NCBI GenBank assembly: GCA_044229975.1
Contig: JBGARZ010000001.1
Coordinates: 672,001-736,000 of the forward strand
Direction: 5' to 3'
Length of the DNA: 64,000 nt
DNA from: Polyangiales bacterium
GTDB taxonomy: Bacteria > Myxococcota_A > Polyangia > Polyangiales > Ga0077539
The translations under genes were made by a program, and so were the position numbers. The notes beneath the pieces are model-generated. The model made no database searches, was not told the DNA's origin, and saw only the letters and a list, made by a program, of their open reading frames with translations. Positions 64,000-64,000 of this stretch are shown here, piece after piece. Within the stretch, counting starts at the first letter, position 1, and each line of letters starts with the position of its first letter.

Positions 64000-64000
64000 G

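Overview
High-GC chromosomal window, most likely from a myxobacterium of the Polyangia/Polyangiales type (inferred from gene families, not from a marker gene). Recognisable blocks are: a TonB receptor followed by a delta-60 lipoprotein; an amidase and a DUF3516 helicase; a Wzp/BBP2-type outer-membrane barrel pair; crtD-crtC-glycosyltransferase carotenoid tailoring genes; a sigma54 rtcR/rtcBA RNA-repair locus; a two-component pair split by an intron; a CPA2 antiporter; a HelD-like ATPase; two tRNA-Ser next to tadA; a type IV pilin; gcvH-trxB; and a PPDK_N/DUF2252/DUF2490/lamin-tail envelope operon. The strongest observation is a complete class IIC group II intron (35887-37811, minus strand) inserted without target duplication into one arm of a REP/REPIN-like palindrome. 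An intact sister palindrome lies at 46550-46738, and predicted EBS1-IBS1 pairing matches which arm variant was invaded. Other notable items: an unrelated perfect 100-bp inverted repeat with MITE-like flanks, a 43/42-nt tandem-repeat block upstream of a start-less gene remnant, a highly structured ~280-nt intergenic RNA candidate, and a divergent stand-alone L7/L12 paralogue. All family calls come from motif recognition by eye. No database searches or folding programs were run.
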